Shown: positions 29,584-38,676, counted from the first letter of the stretch. The stretch: DNA of 64,000 nucleotides from an uncultured Ruminobacter sp. (GCF_902764345.1 NZ_CACWVT010000005.1); one strand, 5' to 3'. Notes: a model not told the origin generated them from the letters alone. A program made the numbers and translations.

Positions 29584-32500
29584 ATGGCCCGTTTTTTTAT
29601 TGATCGCCCCATTTTTGCATGGGTGTTGGCAATAGTAATCATGCTTGCAGGTATTTTATCTATTAATTCCCTGCCGGTATCACAATATCCAACCATTGCC
29701 CCACCAACAGTAACAATTCGCTCAAGCTATCCGGGCGCAAATGCAGAAACTGTTGAAAATACAATTACCAAAATCATAGAACAGAACATGATTGGCCTTG
29801 ACGGTTACATGTACATGAGTTCATCTTCCGATGGTTACGGTTCATCTGAAATCAAAATTACATTTGAACCTGGCACCAATCCGGATATTGCTCAGGTACA
29901 GGTACAGAACAAGCTCAATCAATGTACTTCCCAGTTACCTACTGTTGTACAGCAGAACGGTATTGACGTTAAAAAAAGTACCGATGCATTTCTCATGGTT
30001 GTAGGTCTTATTTCTAAAGATCCTTCAATCCAAGTATATGACCTTGCAGACTACGCCCATTCCGTAATGAAAGAACCTCTCAGCCGTCTTGAAGGTGTAG
30101 GTGACATTACCGTATTCGGAGCTGAATATGCAATGCGCGTATGGGTATCCCCAGACAAGCTGAATAAGTACAACTTAACTATCGCTGAAGTTGAATCAGC
30201 CATAGTTCAGCAGAATGCTCAGGTTACATACGGTTCCCTCGGCAGTGCGCCAGCTGTTCCAGGACAGGTATACAGCTATACCATCAGAGGCCAGTCAAGA
30301 CTTACCTCTCCAGAAGAATTCAGAAACATTATTATTCGCATGAATTCTGATGGTTCTTTTGTTAAGCTGCAGGATGTTGCCGATGTTCAACTCGGAACTT
30401 CAAACTACCAGTTTTCCGGAGAATATAACAGACAGCCTACGACTGGTATCGGTATTCGCCTCGCATCAGGTGCAAATGCAATAGGAACATCAGCCAGAGT
30501 CGTACAGGAAGTGGAAAGACTCAGACAATATATGCCTGCCGGCTATGAAGTTGTATATCCGTTCGATACCACTCCATTTATTAAGATTTCCATTAACGAA
30601 GTAGTACATACCCTGTTTGAGGCAATCATTCTTGTATTCCTGGTTATGTACGTGTTCCTGCAGAACATCAGGGCAACAATCATTCCTACCATTACGGTTC
30701 CGGTCGTACTGCTCGGTACTTTTGCCATCATGTCAGTGTTTAATTTCTCCATCAATACATTGACTATGTTTGGTGTTGTACTCGCAATCGGTCTGCTTGT
30801 AGACGACGCCATTGTGGTAGTTGAAAACGTGGAACGAATCATGCACTCCGAAGGCCTTTCACCATACAAGGCAACCCAGAAATCAATGGATCAGATCACC
30901 GGAGCTCTCGTTGGTATTGCTTTGGTCCTGTCTGCCGTGTTCATTCCTATGGCATTCTTCGGTGGTTCAACCGGTATCATTTACAGACAGTTCTCTATTA
31001 CCATTGTTTCAGCAATGGCTCTGTCCGTATTTACGGCACTGACTTTGACACCGGCTCTATGTGCCACAATATTAAAAGATGAAAACACCCAACCTACTTA
31101 CCGTGGTCCATTAGGTGTTCTTGCCAGAATAAAGGATACTCTTGCAGATAAACTGCGCAAAATCGCTCTGGATAAGTTTTTCGCACTGTTTAACCAAACA
31201 TTTAAATTCTGTACTGATTTATATGTAAAAGTAGTGAATTATGTAATCAAATCTTTAATCCCTTACATTATTCTCTATATTGTTATCTGTGTTGCGACTT
31301 TAGCAATGTTCCTGCGCATACCAACTTCTTTCGTACCGGAAGAAGACCAGGGTGTGCTGATGGCAATGGTTCAGTTGCCTGCCGGCGCAACAATGGAAAG
31401 AACCCGTGAAGTTCTGAACCAACTTAGTGATTATTTCCTGAATGAAGAACCTGAGAACGTGGAATCAGTAATGGGCATCGCAGGTTTTTCTTTTGCAGGC
31501 AGCGGCCAGAATGCAGGCATGGCTTTCATCAAGCTGAAAGACTGGGATTTACGTAAACGTAATGACCAGCATGTTAGAGAAATTGTTCAGAGAGCATTCC
31601 CTCGCCTGATGGGAATACGTGAAGGTCTGGTGTTTGCATTTAACCTACCTGCCATACCGGAGCTCGGTACCGCAGCAGGCTTTGACATGTTCATTCAGGA
31701 CCAGTCTCAACATGGTCATGAGGCATTGATGAATGTCAGAAATCAAGTTATAGCTGCAACAAATTCTCCTGAGTCAGCAAAACTGCTGACCCGCGTAAGA
31801 GCTAACGGTATGGATGACACGCCTATGCTTAAGATTGATGTTGATTACCCTAGAGCTATGTCTCAGGGACTTGCAATAAGCAGCATCAACCACACTTTGT
31901 CTGCAGCCTGGGGTTCTTCTTATATTGATGACTTTATGGACAGAAACCGTATTAAAAAGGTTTATCTGCAGTCAGAAGCATCTTCAAGAATGAGTGAAGA
32001 CGATCTTAACAAGTGGTATGTCCGCAACAATGAAGGTAAACTCGTTCCATTCTCATCTTTTGCAAAATCATCATGGACCTATGGCTCACCTAGACTTGAA
32101 CGTTTTAATGGTGTATCTGCCGTAGAAATTCAGGGTGAAGCTGCAAATGGTATTTCAACCGGTCAGGCAATGGATGAAATGACAAGACTTGTGGAAGAAA
32201 ATGCTCCTGGGTACAGCATTGCATGGAATGGCGTTTCATTCCAGGAAAGGCAGGCAAGTTCGAACTCAGTTGCACTGTATTCCATTTCCCTGCTGTTCGT
32301 ATTCCTTTGTCTTGCTGCATTATATGAAAGCTGGAGTATTCCTTTTGCCGTTATGCTGGTTGTACCTCTAGGTATCGTCGGTGCTGTCGGCGCAGCTTAT
32401 CTGACTCAGTTATTCCCTTGGCTGATACCGTGGAGTAAGCCTCTTGAAAATGACGTTTACTTCCAGGTTGGTCTTTTAACCACTATTGGTCTCTCTGCCA

Positions 32501-32832
32501 AAAATGCAATTCTTATTGTAGAATTTGCTAAGGAATTATACGATAAGGGACATCGTTTATCTGAGTCAGTTATTGAAGCATCACGCATTCGTTTACGCCC
32601 AATATTAATGACATCATTTGCATTCATACTTGGTGTGCTGCCACTTGCCATCAGTACTGGAGCCGGTGCGGCAGGACGTAACGAAATAGGTATCTGTGTA
32701 ATCGGCGGTATGCTTTCAGCAACAGTTCTTGCCGTATTCTTTGTACCTATCTTCTTTATACTTGTGATGAGATATTTCACCAAGTATAAACCCAAAAATG
32801 CTAAAACAGAGACTCTGGAAGTCCAGTCATAA
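29584..32832 (+). CDS. RND multidrug efflux permease (AcrB/MexB family)
   Basis: MARFFIDRPIFAWVLAIVIMLAG, 1082 aa, twelve hydrophobic segments, and conserved VDDAIVVVENVER. Confidence 0.95.
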   Translation: MARFFIDRPIFAWVLAIVIMLAGILSINSLPVSQYPTIAPPTVTIRSSYPGANAETVENTITKIIEQNMIGLDGYMYMSSSSDGYGSSEIKITFEPGTNPDIAQVQVQNKLNQCTSQLPTVVQQNGIDVKKSTDAFLMVVGLISKDPSIQVYDLADYAHSVMKEPLSRLEGVGDITVFGAEYAMRVWVSPDKLNKYNLTIAEVESAIVQQNAQVTYGSLGSAPAVPGQVYSYTIRGQSRLTSPEEFRNIIIRMNSDGSFVKLQDVADVQLGTSNYQFSGEYNRQPTTGIGIRLASGANAIGTSARVVQEVERLRQYMPAGYEVVYPFDTTPFIKISINEVVHTLFEAIILVFLVMYVFLQNIRATIIPTITVPVVLLGTFAIMSVFNFSINTLTMFGVVLAIGLLVDDAIVVVENVERIMHSEGLSPYKATQKSMDQITGALVGIALVLSAVFIPMAFFGGSTGIIYRQFSITIVSAMALSVFTALTLTPALCATILKDENTQPTYRGPLGVLARIKDTLADKLRKIALDKFFALFNQTFKFCTDLYVKVVNYVIKSLIPYIILYIVICVATLAMFLRIPTSFVPEEDQGVLMAMVQLPAGATMERTREVLNQLSDYFLNEEPENVESVMGIAGFSFAGSGQNAGMAFIKLKDWDLRKRNDQHVREIVQRAFPRLMGIREGLVFAFNLPAIPELGTAAGFDMFIQDQSQHGHEALMNVRNQVIAATNSPESAKLLTRVRANGMDDTPMLKIDVDYPRAMSQGLAISSINHTLSAAWGSSYIDDFMDRNRIKKVYLQSEASSRMSEDDLNKWYVRNNEGKLVPFSSFAKSSWTYGSPRLERFNGVSAVEIQGEAANGISTGQAMDEMTRLVEENAPGYSIAWNGVSFQERQASSNSVALYSISLLFVFLCLAALYESWSIPFAVMLVVPLGIVGAVGAAYLTQLFPWLIPWSKPLENDVYFQVGLLTTIGLSAKNAILIVEFAKELYDKGHRLSESVIEASRIRLRPILMTSFAFILGVLPLAISTGAGAAGRNEIGICVIGGMLSATVLAVFFVPIFFILVMRYFTKYKPKNAKTETLEVQS

Positions 32833-32987
32833 TATTTAATATCTCTTGCGCTAAGGGAATCACACACACTGTGATTCCCTTTTTTGTAGAAATTAGTCTT
32901 TTTTGTTCGTATACTAACCTGATACTAGTTAACCGATAAGTTGCAGAATTTTATTCTGATATAACGTTTTTTTTCAAGGAACTTAAA

Positions 32988-33602
32988 TTGAATACTTCAG
33001 AAAAACAGATAGTGCTGGCAACCGGCAATAAAGCTAAGTGTGCAGAATTTAATAAAATGCTTCAATTTACTGATATTAAGGTTATACCTCAAAGTGAATT
33101 CAATGTTCCTTCTGCAGATGAAACAGGAACAACCTTTGTTGAAAATGCCATTATAAAGGCAAGAAATGCCGCAAAGTATTCTGGATTACCGGCTATTGCA
33201 GATGACTCCGGTATAGAGGTCGATTGTCTAAATGGCAGACCTGGTGTTTATTCATCACGTTACAGTGGCCTTAATGCAACTGACGAGGAAAATCTTAATA
33301 AACTCATTGAAGAAGTATCTGCGTATCCGGAATGTAATAGAACAGCACGTTATTGGTGTGTTCTTGTTTTTATGAAGAACGAAATGGACCCAACCCCGAT
33401 AATTTGTCAAAGATCGTGGGAAGGTAAAATTATTTTAGAAAAAAGAGGAACCAATGGTTTTGGTTATGATCCATCCTTTTTAATTCCGATACTAGGACAA
33501 ACTGCTGCCGAAATCTCCCCAGAGCTAAAAAACAAACTCAGTCACAGGGGACAGGCAATGAAAGATATGTTAGAAGTTCTCCTTAAAAAATATGGAGTTT
33601 AA
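32988..33602 (+). CDS. rdgB: dITP/XTP pyrophosphatase
   Basis: IVLATGNKAK...ETGTTFVENAIIKAR...IADDSGIEVD...GFGYDP...SHRGQA. It has a TTG start with an AAGGA RBS, and it lies upstream of hemW as in E. coli (yggV-yggW). Confidence 0.9.
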   Translation: MNTSEKQIVLATGNKAKCAEFNKMLQFTDIKVIPQSEFNVPSADETGTTFVENAIIKARNAAKYSGLPAIADDSGIEVDCLNGRPGVYSSRYSGLNATDEENLNKLIEEVSAYPECNRTARYWCVLVFMKNEMDPTPIICQRSWEGKIILEKRGTNGFGYDPSFLIPILGQTAAEISPELKNKLSHRGQAMKDMLEVLLKKYGV

Positions 33603-33608
33603 TTCTCT

Positions 33609-34751
33609 ATGATTATTCCACCGTTAGGCCTGTATATACATATTCCATTCTGTATTCGCAAATGTCCATATTGTGATTTCTTTTCTGAAAAAATAGGTAC
33701 TGACGGTGTACAGGATAATTATGTCAGTGCTTTAATAAAAGAACTCAGCATATATTCTGAAGCGTCTTCCGGAAGAAAAATAGAATCCGTATACATCGGT
33801 GGAGGTACACCGACTCTTCTTAATCCTAAACAGATTGAATCGATTATGGACGCCATAGTTCGTAATTTCTGTTTGTCCGATTCTGTAGAAATCAGTATGG
33901 AGGCTAATCCGGGAACAGTTACAGAGAACAACATCAGAGAGTATCGTCGTTTAGGTATTAACAGAATAAGTCTTGGAGTACAAAGTCTTAATAATGACAG
34001 TCTTACACGGCTATGCAGAATACACAACAGAAATGAAGCCATCATAGCTGCCGAAAATATAGCAAAATATTTTCAAAACTTTAATATTGATCTTATGCAC
34101 TCTCTGCCTGGACAAAATCTTAAAGATGCTATATTGGATCTTGATGAGGTTATCAAACTAAATCCCAACCATATATCCTGGTACCAACTGACCATTGAGG
34201 AGGATACTCCTTATGCCAGAAATATACCTCCCCTACCTAAAGAGGATATCATTGATTCAATCTATCTTGAAGGCTATGACCTTCTAAAGCAACACTCCTA
34301 TGTACATTACGAAGTTAGTGCATTTGCAAAAAAAGGATTTGAATGTAAACACAATCTCAATTATTGGACTTTCGGAGATTATCTAGGCGCAGGTTCAGGG
34401 GCTCACAGTAAAATCACGGAGAGTAACAGCATCCACAGACAATCACGAATCGAAAATACCTGCGAATATATCAGGAGCATGAATGAGAACAGAATTAGTA
34501 ATATTTATGCTACTGATGACCACATATCAAATGAAGACCTTACCTTTGAATATTTTCTTAATCGTCTCAGATTATTTTCTCCTATTCCAATTAGAGAGTA
34601 CGAAGACTTAACCGGACTCTGTTTTGAGAATATAAGGCATTTATTTGAAAAATATGAAGCAGAAGGATTAGTATCGCTTCTAGAGGATAAAATTGTCATC
34701 TCCAACAAGGGACAACTTTTTATAAACCAAATGCTTCAGGATTTTATTTAG
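33609..34751 (+). CDS. hemW: Radical SAM heme chaperone HemW
   Basis: LYIHIPFCIRKCPYCDF (CxxxCxxC), GGGTP, 380 aa. Confidence 0.9.
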   Translation: MIIPPLGLYIHIPFCIRKCPYCDFFSEKIGTDGVQDNYVSALIKELSIYSEASSGRKIESVYIGGGTPTLLNPKQIESIMDAIVRNFCLSDSVEISMEANPGTVTENNIREYRRLGINRISLGVQSLNNDSLTRLCRIHNRNEAIIAAENIAKYFQNFNIDLMHSLPGQNLKDAILDLDEVIKLNPNHISWYQLTIEEDTPYARNIPPLPKEDIIDSIYLEGYDLLKQHSYVHYEVSAFAKKGFECKHNLNYWTFGDYLGAGSGAHSKITESNSIHRQSRIENTCEYIRSMNENRISNIYATDDHISNEDLTFEYFLNRLRLFSPIPIREYEDLTGLCFENIRHLFEKYEAEGLVSLLEDKIVISNKGQLFINQMLQDFI

Positions 34752-34803
34752 AGAGTTCGCATTAGTACCCTTTTGTAATACAAATGCATTTTGGTATTAA
34801 CAA

Positions 34804-34828
34804 TAAAAAAAGCAACCTCACAGGTTGC
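34804..34828 (-). terminator. Terminator downstream of tRNA-Val (also closes hemW on the + strand)
   Basis: The minus strand reads GCAACC-TGTGA-GGTTGC followed by TTTTTTTATT. Confidence 0.6.
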
Positions 34829-34844
34829 CTCACACATTTGATTC

Positions 34845-34922
34845 TGGTGCGTCTTATTGGACTCGAACCAACGACCCCCACCATGTCAAGGTGATGCTCT
34901 AACCAAGCTGAGCTAAAGACGC
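34845..34922 (-). tRNA. tRNA-Val (anticodon GAC)
   Basis: The reverse complement is GCGTCTTTAGCTCAGCTTGGTTAGAGCATCACCTTGACATGGTGGGGGTCGTTGGTTCGAGTCCAATAAGACGCACCA. It has a 7-bp acceptor stem, a UUGACAU anticodon loop, a GTTCGAGTC T-arm and an encoded CCA. It is near-identical to E. coli tRNA-Val(GAC) as recalled. Confidence 0.95.
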
Positions 34923-35054
34923 ACTGAATTATATTTCCTTTATATTACACTATTATTCGTAAAATTCAATAGAATTATTGCTTTTATCCCCAAAATCCAG
35001 ACCACACGATACTAACTAATCAAAAAACAAACAAATGTATCAACTGTCTGTTTA

Positions 35055-35070
35055 TGTTCCACGTGAAACA
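35055..35070. promoter_or_regulatory. parS: parS centromere-like ParB-binding site (copy 1)
   Basis: TGTTCCACGTGAAACA is an exact match to the canonical 16-bp parS consensus TGTTNCACGTGAAACA. It is flanked by GTCTG/CAGAC inverted arms. Confidence 0.8.
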
Positions 35071-35212
35071 ATGTCCAGACATATCAAAATAATATTATAT
35101 TTATAATATAGTGATGATTAGCTCTAGACCTTTATAAAATACGTTATCACGATTTCAGGTTATTATTTTATGCAGTGATTTGAGATTATTACGATGCGAC
35201 TGCATTATTGAT

Positions 35213-35228
35213 TGTTTCACGTGAAACA
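35213..35228. promoter_or_regulatory. parS: parS centromere-like ParB-binding site (copy 2, perfect palindrome)
   Basis: TGTTTCACGTGAAACA, flanked by ATTGA/TCAAT. Confidence 0.8.
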
Positions 35229-35350
35229 ACTAGTCAATGAATTTACATATTAACAAACAACCTGGGTTTCAGGTATAGAAACATAAATTTAAAAATTTAC
35301 AGCCAATTGGAATTTATTATCATGGTATGACTTATACATTTACTCAAGAA

Positions 35351-35390
35351 AAACTGAATCCTGTCAGATTCGGTTTCCAATTTTTATTTT
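35351..35390 (+). terminator. Orphan plus-strand rho-independent terminator in ORF-free region (possible sRNA 3' end)
   Basis: AAACTGAATC (35351..35360) pairs with GATTCGGTTT (35367..35376) as a 10-bp stem with one G-U pair and a 6-nt loop. It is followed by CCAATTTTTATTTT. Confidence 0.4.
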
Positions 35391-35500
35391 AATTAGGCCT
35401 GAATGTAATTCAATATCATTAGTAATTATGCTTGGTTTTTAATAATCTGGCTGATATTCACTTTTAAAATATATTTCCTTACCAACTAATCAAGAGAGTA

Positions 35501-35523
35501 AATTACGCATCAAATGCGTAATT
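35501..35523 (-). terminator. Hairpin downstream of ogt
   Basis: AATTACGCAT-CAA-ATGCGTAATT is a 10-bp perfect stem. The minus-strand tail TTTACTCTCTT is only moderately T-rich. Confidence 0.4.
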
Positions 35524-35567
35524 ACTATTCATTTTGTAAAGGTCACACCATTAACATATAACATAAA

Positions 35568-36119
35568 TTAAGAAACATTATGTTCCACGTGAAACATTGA
35601 TTCAGTCATAAAGCTTCTTCTGTAAGAATATTCTGACTCATGATTAAGTAATTGAATCTTTCTCTCTATACCACCGGCATAACCTGTCATGTCACCATTT
35701 TTTCCAATAACACGATGACACGGTATAATAACTGATATTGGGTTATGCCCTATTGCATTTGCAACAGCCCGTGGAGATTCTTTTGACATAATATTATGCT
35801 CAACTAATGAATGAGATATATCACTATATGTTGCTGTTTTTCCGAATGGAATTCTTAATAATTCATTAAGCACAGCTGCACGATATTCTGAGCATCTGAG
35901 ACATATTTTCGGTGTAAAATCAGGTTGTTTACCAGAAAAATATAAATCTAGCCACCTAAAAGTATCCTTAAATACATCAACCAGCTCATGCCTGCAGTGT
36001 AAAGAAATAGTACTTCCAAAATATTTTTGAGAATTAAACCATAAACCAATTAGTGATTCACCGTCACTGGCTACTGTAATTTCACCAAGAGGAGACATAT
36101 AATTATGTATGTAATCCAT
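35568..36119 (-). CDS. ogt: Methylated-DNA--protein-cysteine methyltransferase
   Basis: Active site IPCHRVIG with GGIERKIQLL. The probable start is MDYIHNYMSPLGEI at 36119; the ORF extends to 36155. The last 25 or so codons run beyond the usual Ogt end and through parS copy 3. Confidence 0.85.
   Translation of the reverse strand: MDYIHNYMSPLGEITVASDGESLIGLWFNSQKYFGSTISLHCRHELVDVFKDTFRWLDLYFSGKQPDFTPKICLRCSEYRAAVLNELLRIPFGKTATYSDISHSLVEHNIMSKESPRAVANAIGHNPISVIIPCHRVIGKNGDMTGYAGGIERKIQLLNHESEYSYRRSFMTESMFHVEHNVS
35581..35596. promoter_or_regulatory. parS: parS centromere-like ParB-binding site (copy 3, inside 3' end of the ogt ORF)
   Basis: TGTTCCACGTGAAACA, an exact consensus match. It encodes ...MFHVEH... 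at the ogt C-terminus. Confidence 0.8.
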
Positions 36120-36230
36120 CGTAGTTTTGAAATTATTTCTGCAATTACTTACCAAGAAAAACAGAAGTCCCCTTCCCTACTTCATCGGTATCATACTATA
36201 AAAAGTGGACTTTGCGGCTTTGTTATCCAA

Positions 36231-37334
36231 TTACAAAATCAGCTCAGAAATATCATTATGTTCCACGTGGAACATTTTTACTTCTTTAGAGAATTTGGAT
36301 TTTACATAATCAGAATTATTCTCTAAACTGGTAATAAAAAACTGATTATCATCAGATAATTCATCAACTAGTTCAAATACCTTATCAACACTGTTTTTAT
36401 CCAACTCTGCTCCGAGATCATCTATTATGTAAACACAGTTGGTCCTCATAAGTTTTTGATATACCGTTCCCTGTGCCAATTTTAATGCTATGACAAGAAG
36501 CTTCTGCTGACCTCTTGAGAGAATATCAAGCGAAGGTTTATTATTAACTTTGATAATTAAATCAGCTTTTTGAGGACCGAATAAAGAATACCCCATGGCA
36601 TATTCCCTTCCTGCATGACTTAATAGCTGAGATATAAATTCCTCAGAATCCGTTTTATGTCCAGGATTTAACTCTAGAGAAATTTCTATATTGGGAAGAA
36701 ATCTATGAGTTATCTCATTAATATAATTATTAAATATACTTAAATATTCTGTACGCTTCCCTGTGATTTTTTCTGATATGTTTACAAAACAATTGTTCCA
36801 ATAATTGAGATAATCTGCTGAAGACTTACTTGCCAATAAGGCATTTCTTTGTTTGATAATTTTTCTAAAATCAGTACTGATATCTGAAAAATCATGAAAA
36901 TGATAGAAACATCCCCAATCAACAAAACTTCGTCTTATTCCCGGCCCGGCCTCCAATAATGACAGGCCGTTAGGAACTATCGCCTGAATACATATATTGT
37001 TTGCTAAATCAGCAACGCGATTTAATGGTGAACCGTTAAAATTTACCTTTATATCCCCTCCAACTTCTCTTACTATTCCAAGTTTAGAGATTAAATCAGC
37101 TGATTCACTAAACAGTTCTGAAAATAAAGTAAATTCCTTAGCATCATAATTGATAATGGATGAATTTTTTAAGGCCCTAAATGATCTGGCCTGAGATAGA
37201 TAATTAATAGCTTCCAATACAGAAGTTTTACCTGACCCGTTATCACCGTAAAAGAAATTAATCCCCTTCCCCACCGTTACGGTGGATGAGATAAAATTCC
37301 TAAAATTGATTAATTTTACTTTGTGTATGTACAT
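36231..37334 (-). CDS. recF: DNA replication and repair protein RecF
   Basis: MYIHKVKLINFRNF...FYGDNGSGKTSVLEAI (Walker A), signature SRGQQKLL, Walker B IYIIDDLGAELD. It follows dnaN. Confidence 0.95.
   Translation of the reverse strand: MYIHKVKLINFRNFISSTVTVGKGINFFYGDNGSGKTSVLEAINYLSQARSFRALKNSSIINYDAKEFTLFSELFSESADLISKLGIVREVGGDIKVNFNGSPLNRVADLANNICIQAIVPNGLSLLEAGPGIRRSFVDWGCFYHFHDFSDISTDFRKIIKQRNALLASKSSADYLNYWNNCFVNISEKITGKRTEYLSIFNNYINEITHRFLPNIEISLELNPGHKTDSEEFISQLLSHAGREYAMGYSLFGPQKADLIIKVNNKPSLDILSRGQQKLLVIALKLAQGTVYQKLMRTNCVYIIDDLGAELDKNSVDKVFELVDELSDDNQFFITSLENNSDYVKSKFSKEVKMFHVEHNDISELIL
36258..36273. promoter_or_regulatory. parS: parS centromere-like ParB-binding site (copy 4, inside last codons of recF; perfect palindrome)
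   Basis: TGTTCCACGTGGAACA has one symmetric change from the consensus. It encodes K-M-F-H-V-E-H of RecF. Confidence 0.75.
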
Positions 37335-37470
37335 ATCTGGATAGTGATATCGATTTTTACATGAGAAGTAATTCAGTGTCTGAGTACATTAAAACAAAAA
37401 GATGTCAGCTGTTCAAGAATTATAACAGCTGACACCTTTTGCAATATACAATCAGAACAATAACAGAAAT

Positions 37471-38676
37471 TTAAACAATGATTCTGCTTACAATATATCT
37501 TGCATAACTCTGTTCTTCATTCTCATCAGCCATAGGCTCAATTAAAAGATTATTGGATGATTTGGATAAAGAAATCTTCATCTTTGAAGTGGAAATAACC
37601 CTACAGATGTTATTAAGATAATCTGAATTAAAGGCTATCTCGAAATTATCACCTGTATAGCTTACATAATCTATATCATCCTTGGCTTCTTCATGGTTAC
37701 TGTTCTTTGCCTTAATAGTGAACAATCCATTATTAAGAACCATTTCTACGGCCTTGTTAAGGGAATTACTCATGATTGATACACGAGTTATAGTATCCTG
37801 GAACAGCTTTCTGTCAACCACCAGAACTCTGTTACAATTATTTGGAAGAATAGACGTAATATCAGGGTACTTTGCCTCAATTAAAATACTGAGCATAGAA
37901 ATACCATTTACGGTAGTCTGAAGGCTGTTCTTGTTAATTTTCAATGTGACTATCGTATTGTCATCAGCAGATTCCTTCATTGCTGACATCATTGCTATTA
38001 ACTGATCAACACCCTTCTTAGGGAATATAAAGCCGTTATCATCAAGATTATCAGGAATGATGCAAGGCTCTACCAACCTCCCCTTCTGAAGACTCATTCT
38101 ATGGCCATCAGCAGTAATGATATCAAGTCCCATATTATCATTACCGACAACAGCAAATCTCATCCCCTTCAGGAATACACGATAACTTTCAGCAGCCATG
38201 GAGAACTGGGTTGTCTTCATAACATTCAAAAGTTCATTTAACTCAATCTTTAATTCATAAAGATTATCGAGACATTCTATTGCCGGGAAATATTCAGCAT
38301 CAATAGTTACCATGTTAGATTTAAACTTGCCTGAAGAAAGAACAAGCTGATCATTTGTATTGCCCTCAGTAAAATTTACATAGGCTCCATCAGGTAACTT
38401 CTTAAGAATTTCAAGAAGAATCTTAACATTTACAGTAATTCTGCCTTCCTGGATATCATCGCAGAATAAACCAACCTCAGTTGACATCTGGATTTCAGTG
38501 TCGGTACATACCATACGAAGCTTGTACTTGGCATCCTTGATGGTTGAACCATCATTAGGCAAAATTTCCATCAAAACATTTGAAGTAATCGGATTATTCA
38601 CCGTATTGCCAGCAACACCAGATATATGTCCCAAAGGCTTGAGTAAATCTTCTCTACCTATACTGCACTTAAACAT
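37471..38676 (-). CDS. dnaN: DNA polymerase III subunit beta (sliding clamp), divergent and about 35 aa longer than E. coli DnaN
   Basis: Its position is between dnaA and recF. Motifs are LLKPL..ISGV, TQFSMA, TADGHRM and KYPD. An AAGGAGG RBS is present. Confidence 0.9.
   Translation of the reverse strand: MFKCSIGREDLLKPLGHISGVAGNTVNNPITSNVLMEILPNDGSTIKDAKYKLRMVCTDTEIQMSTEVGLFCDDIQEGRITVNVKILLEILKKLPDGAYVNFTEGNTNDQLVLSSGKFKSNMVTIDAEYFPAIECLDNLYELKIELNELLNVMKTTQFSMAAESYRVFLKGMRFAVVGNDNMGLDIITADGHRMSLQKGRLVEPCIIPDNLDDNGFIFPKKGVDQLIAMMSAMKESADDNTIVTLKINKNSLQTTVNGISMLSILIEAKYPDITSILPNNCNRVLVVDRKLFQDTITRVSIMSNSLNKAVEMVLNNGLFTIKAKNSNHEEAKDDIDYVSYTGDNFEIAFNSDYLNNICRVISTSKMKISLSKSSNNLLIEPMADENEEQSYARYIVSRIIV

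Noticed and set aside
34845-35567. tRNA-Val as an integration hotspot with an adjacent genomic island
   Set aside because: There is no integrase, no repeat of the tRNA 3' end, and no foreign-looking genes. The ORF-free stretch lies on the 5' (promoter) side of the tRNA.
35055-36273. Reading the TGTTCCACGTGRAACA palindromes as a LexA/SOS-type or other repressor operator, because they flank the DNA-repair genes ogt and recF
   Set aside because: They do not fit the gammaproteobacterial LexA box CTGT-N8-ACAG. They do match the parS consensus exactly, and cognate parAB is in the window.
36105-36326. Plus-strand 73-aa ORF containing MFHVEH, overlapping the recF 3' end
   Set aside because: The peptide motif is only the mirror translation of the palindromic parS site (ATGTTCCACGTGGAACAT reads the same on both strands). 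The ORF overlaps bona fide recF and ogt sequence and has no RBS.
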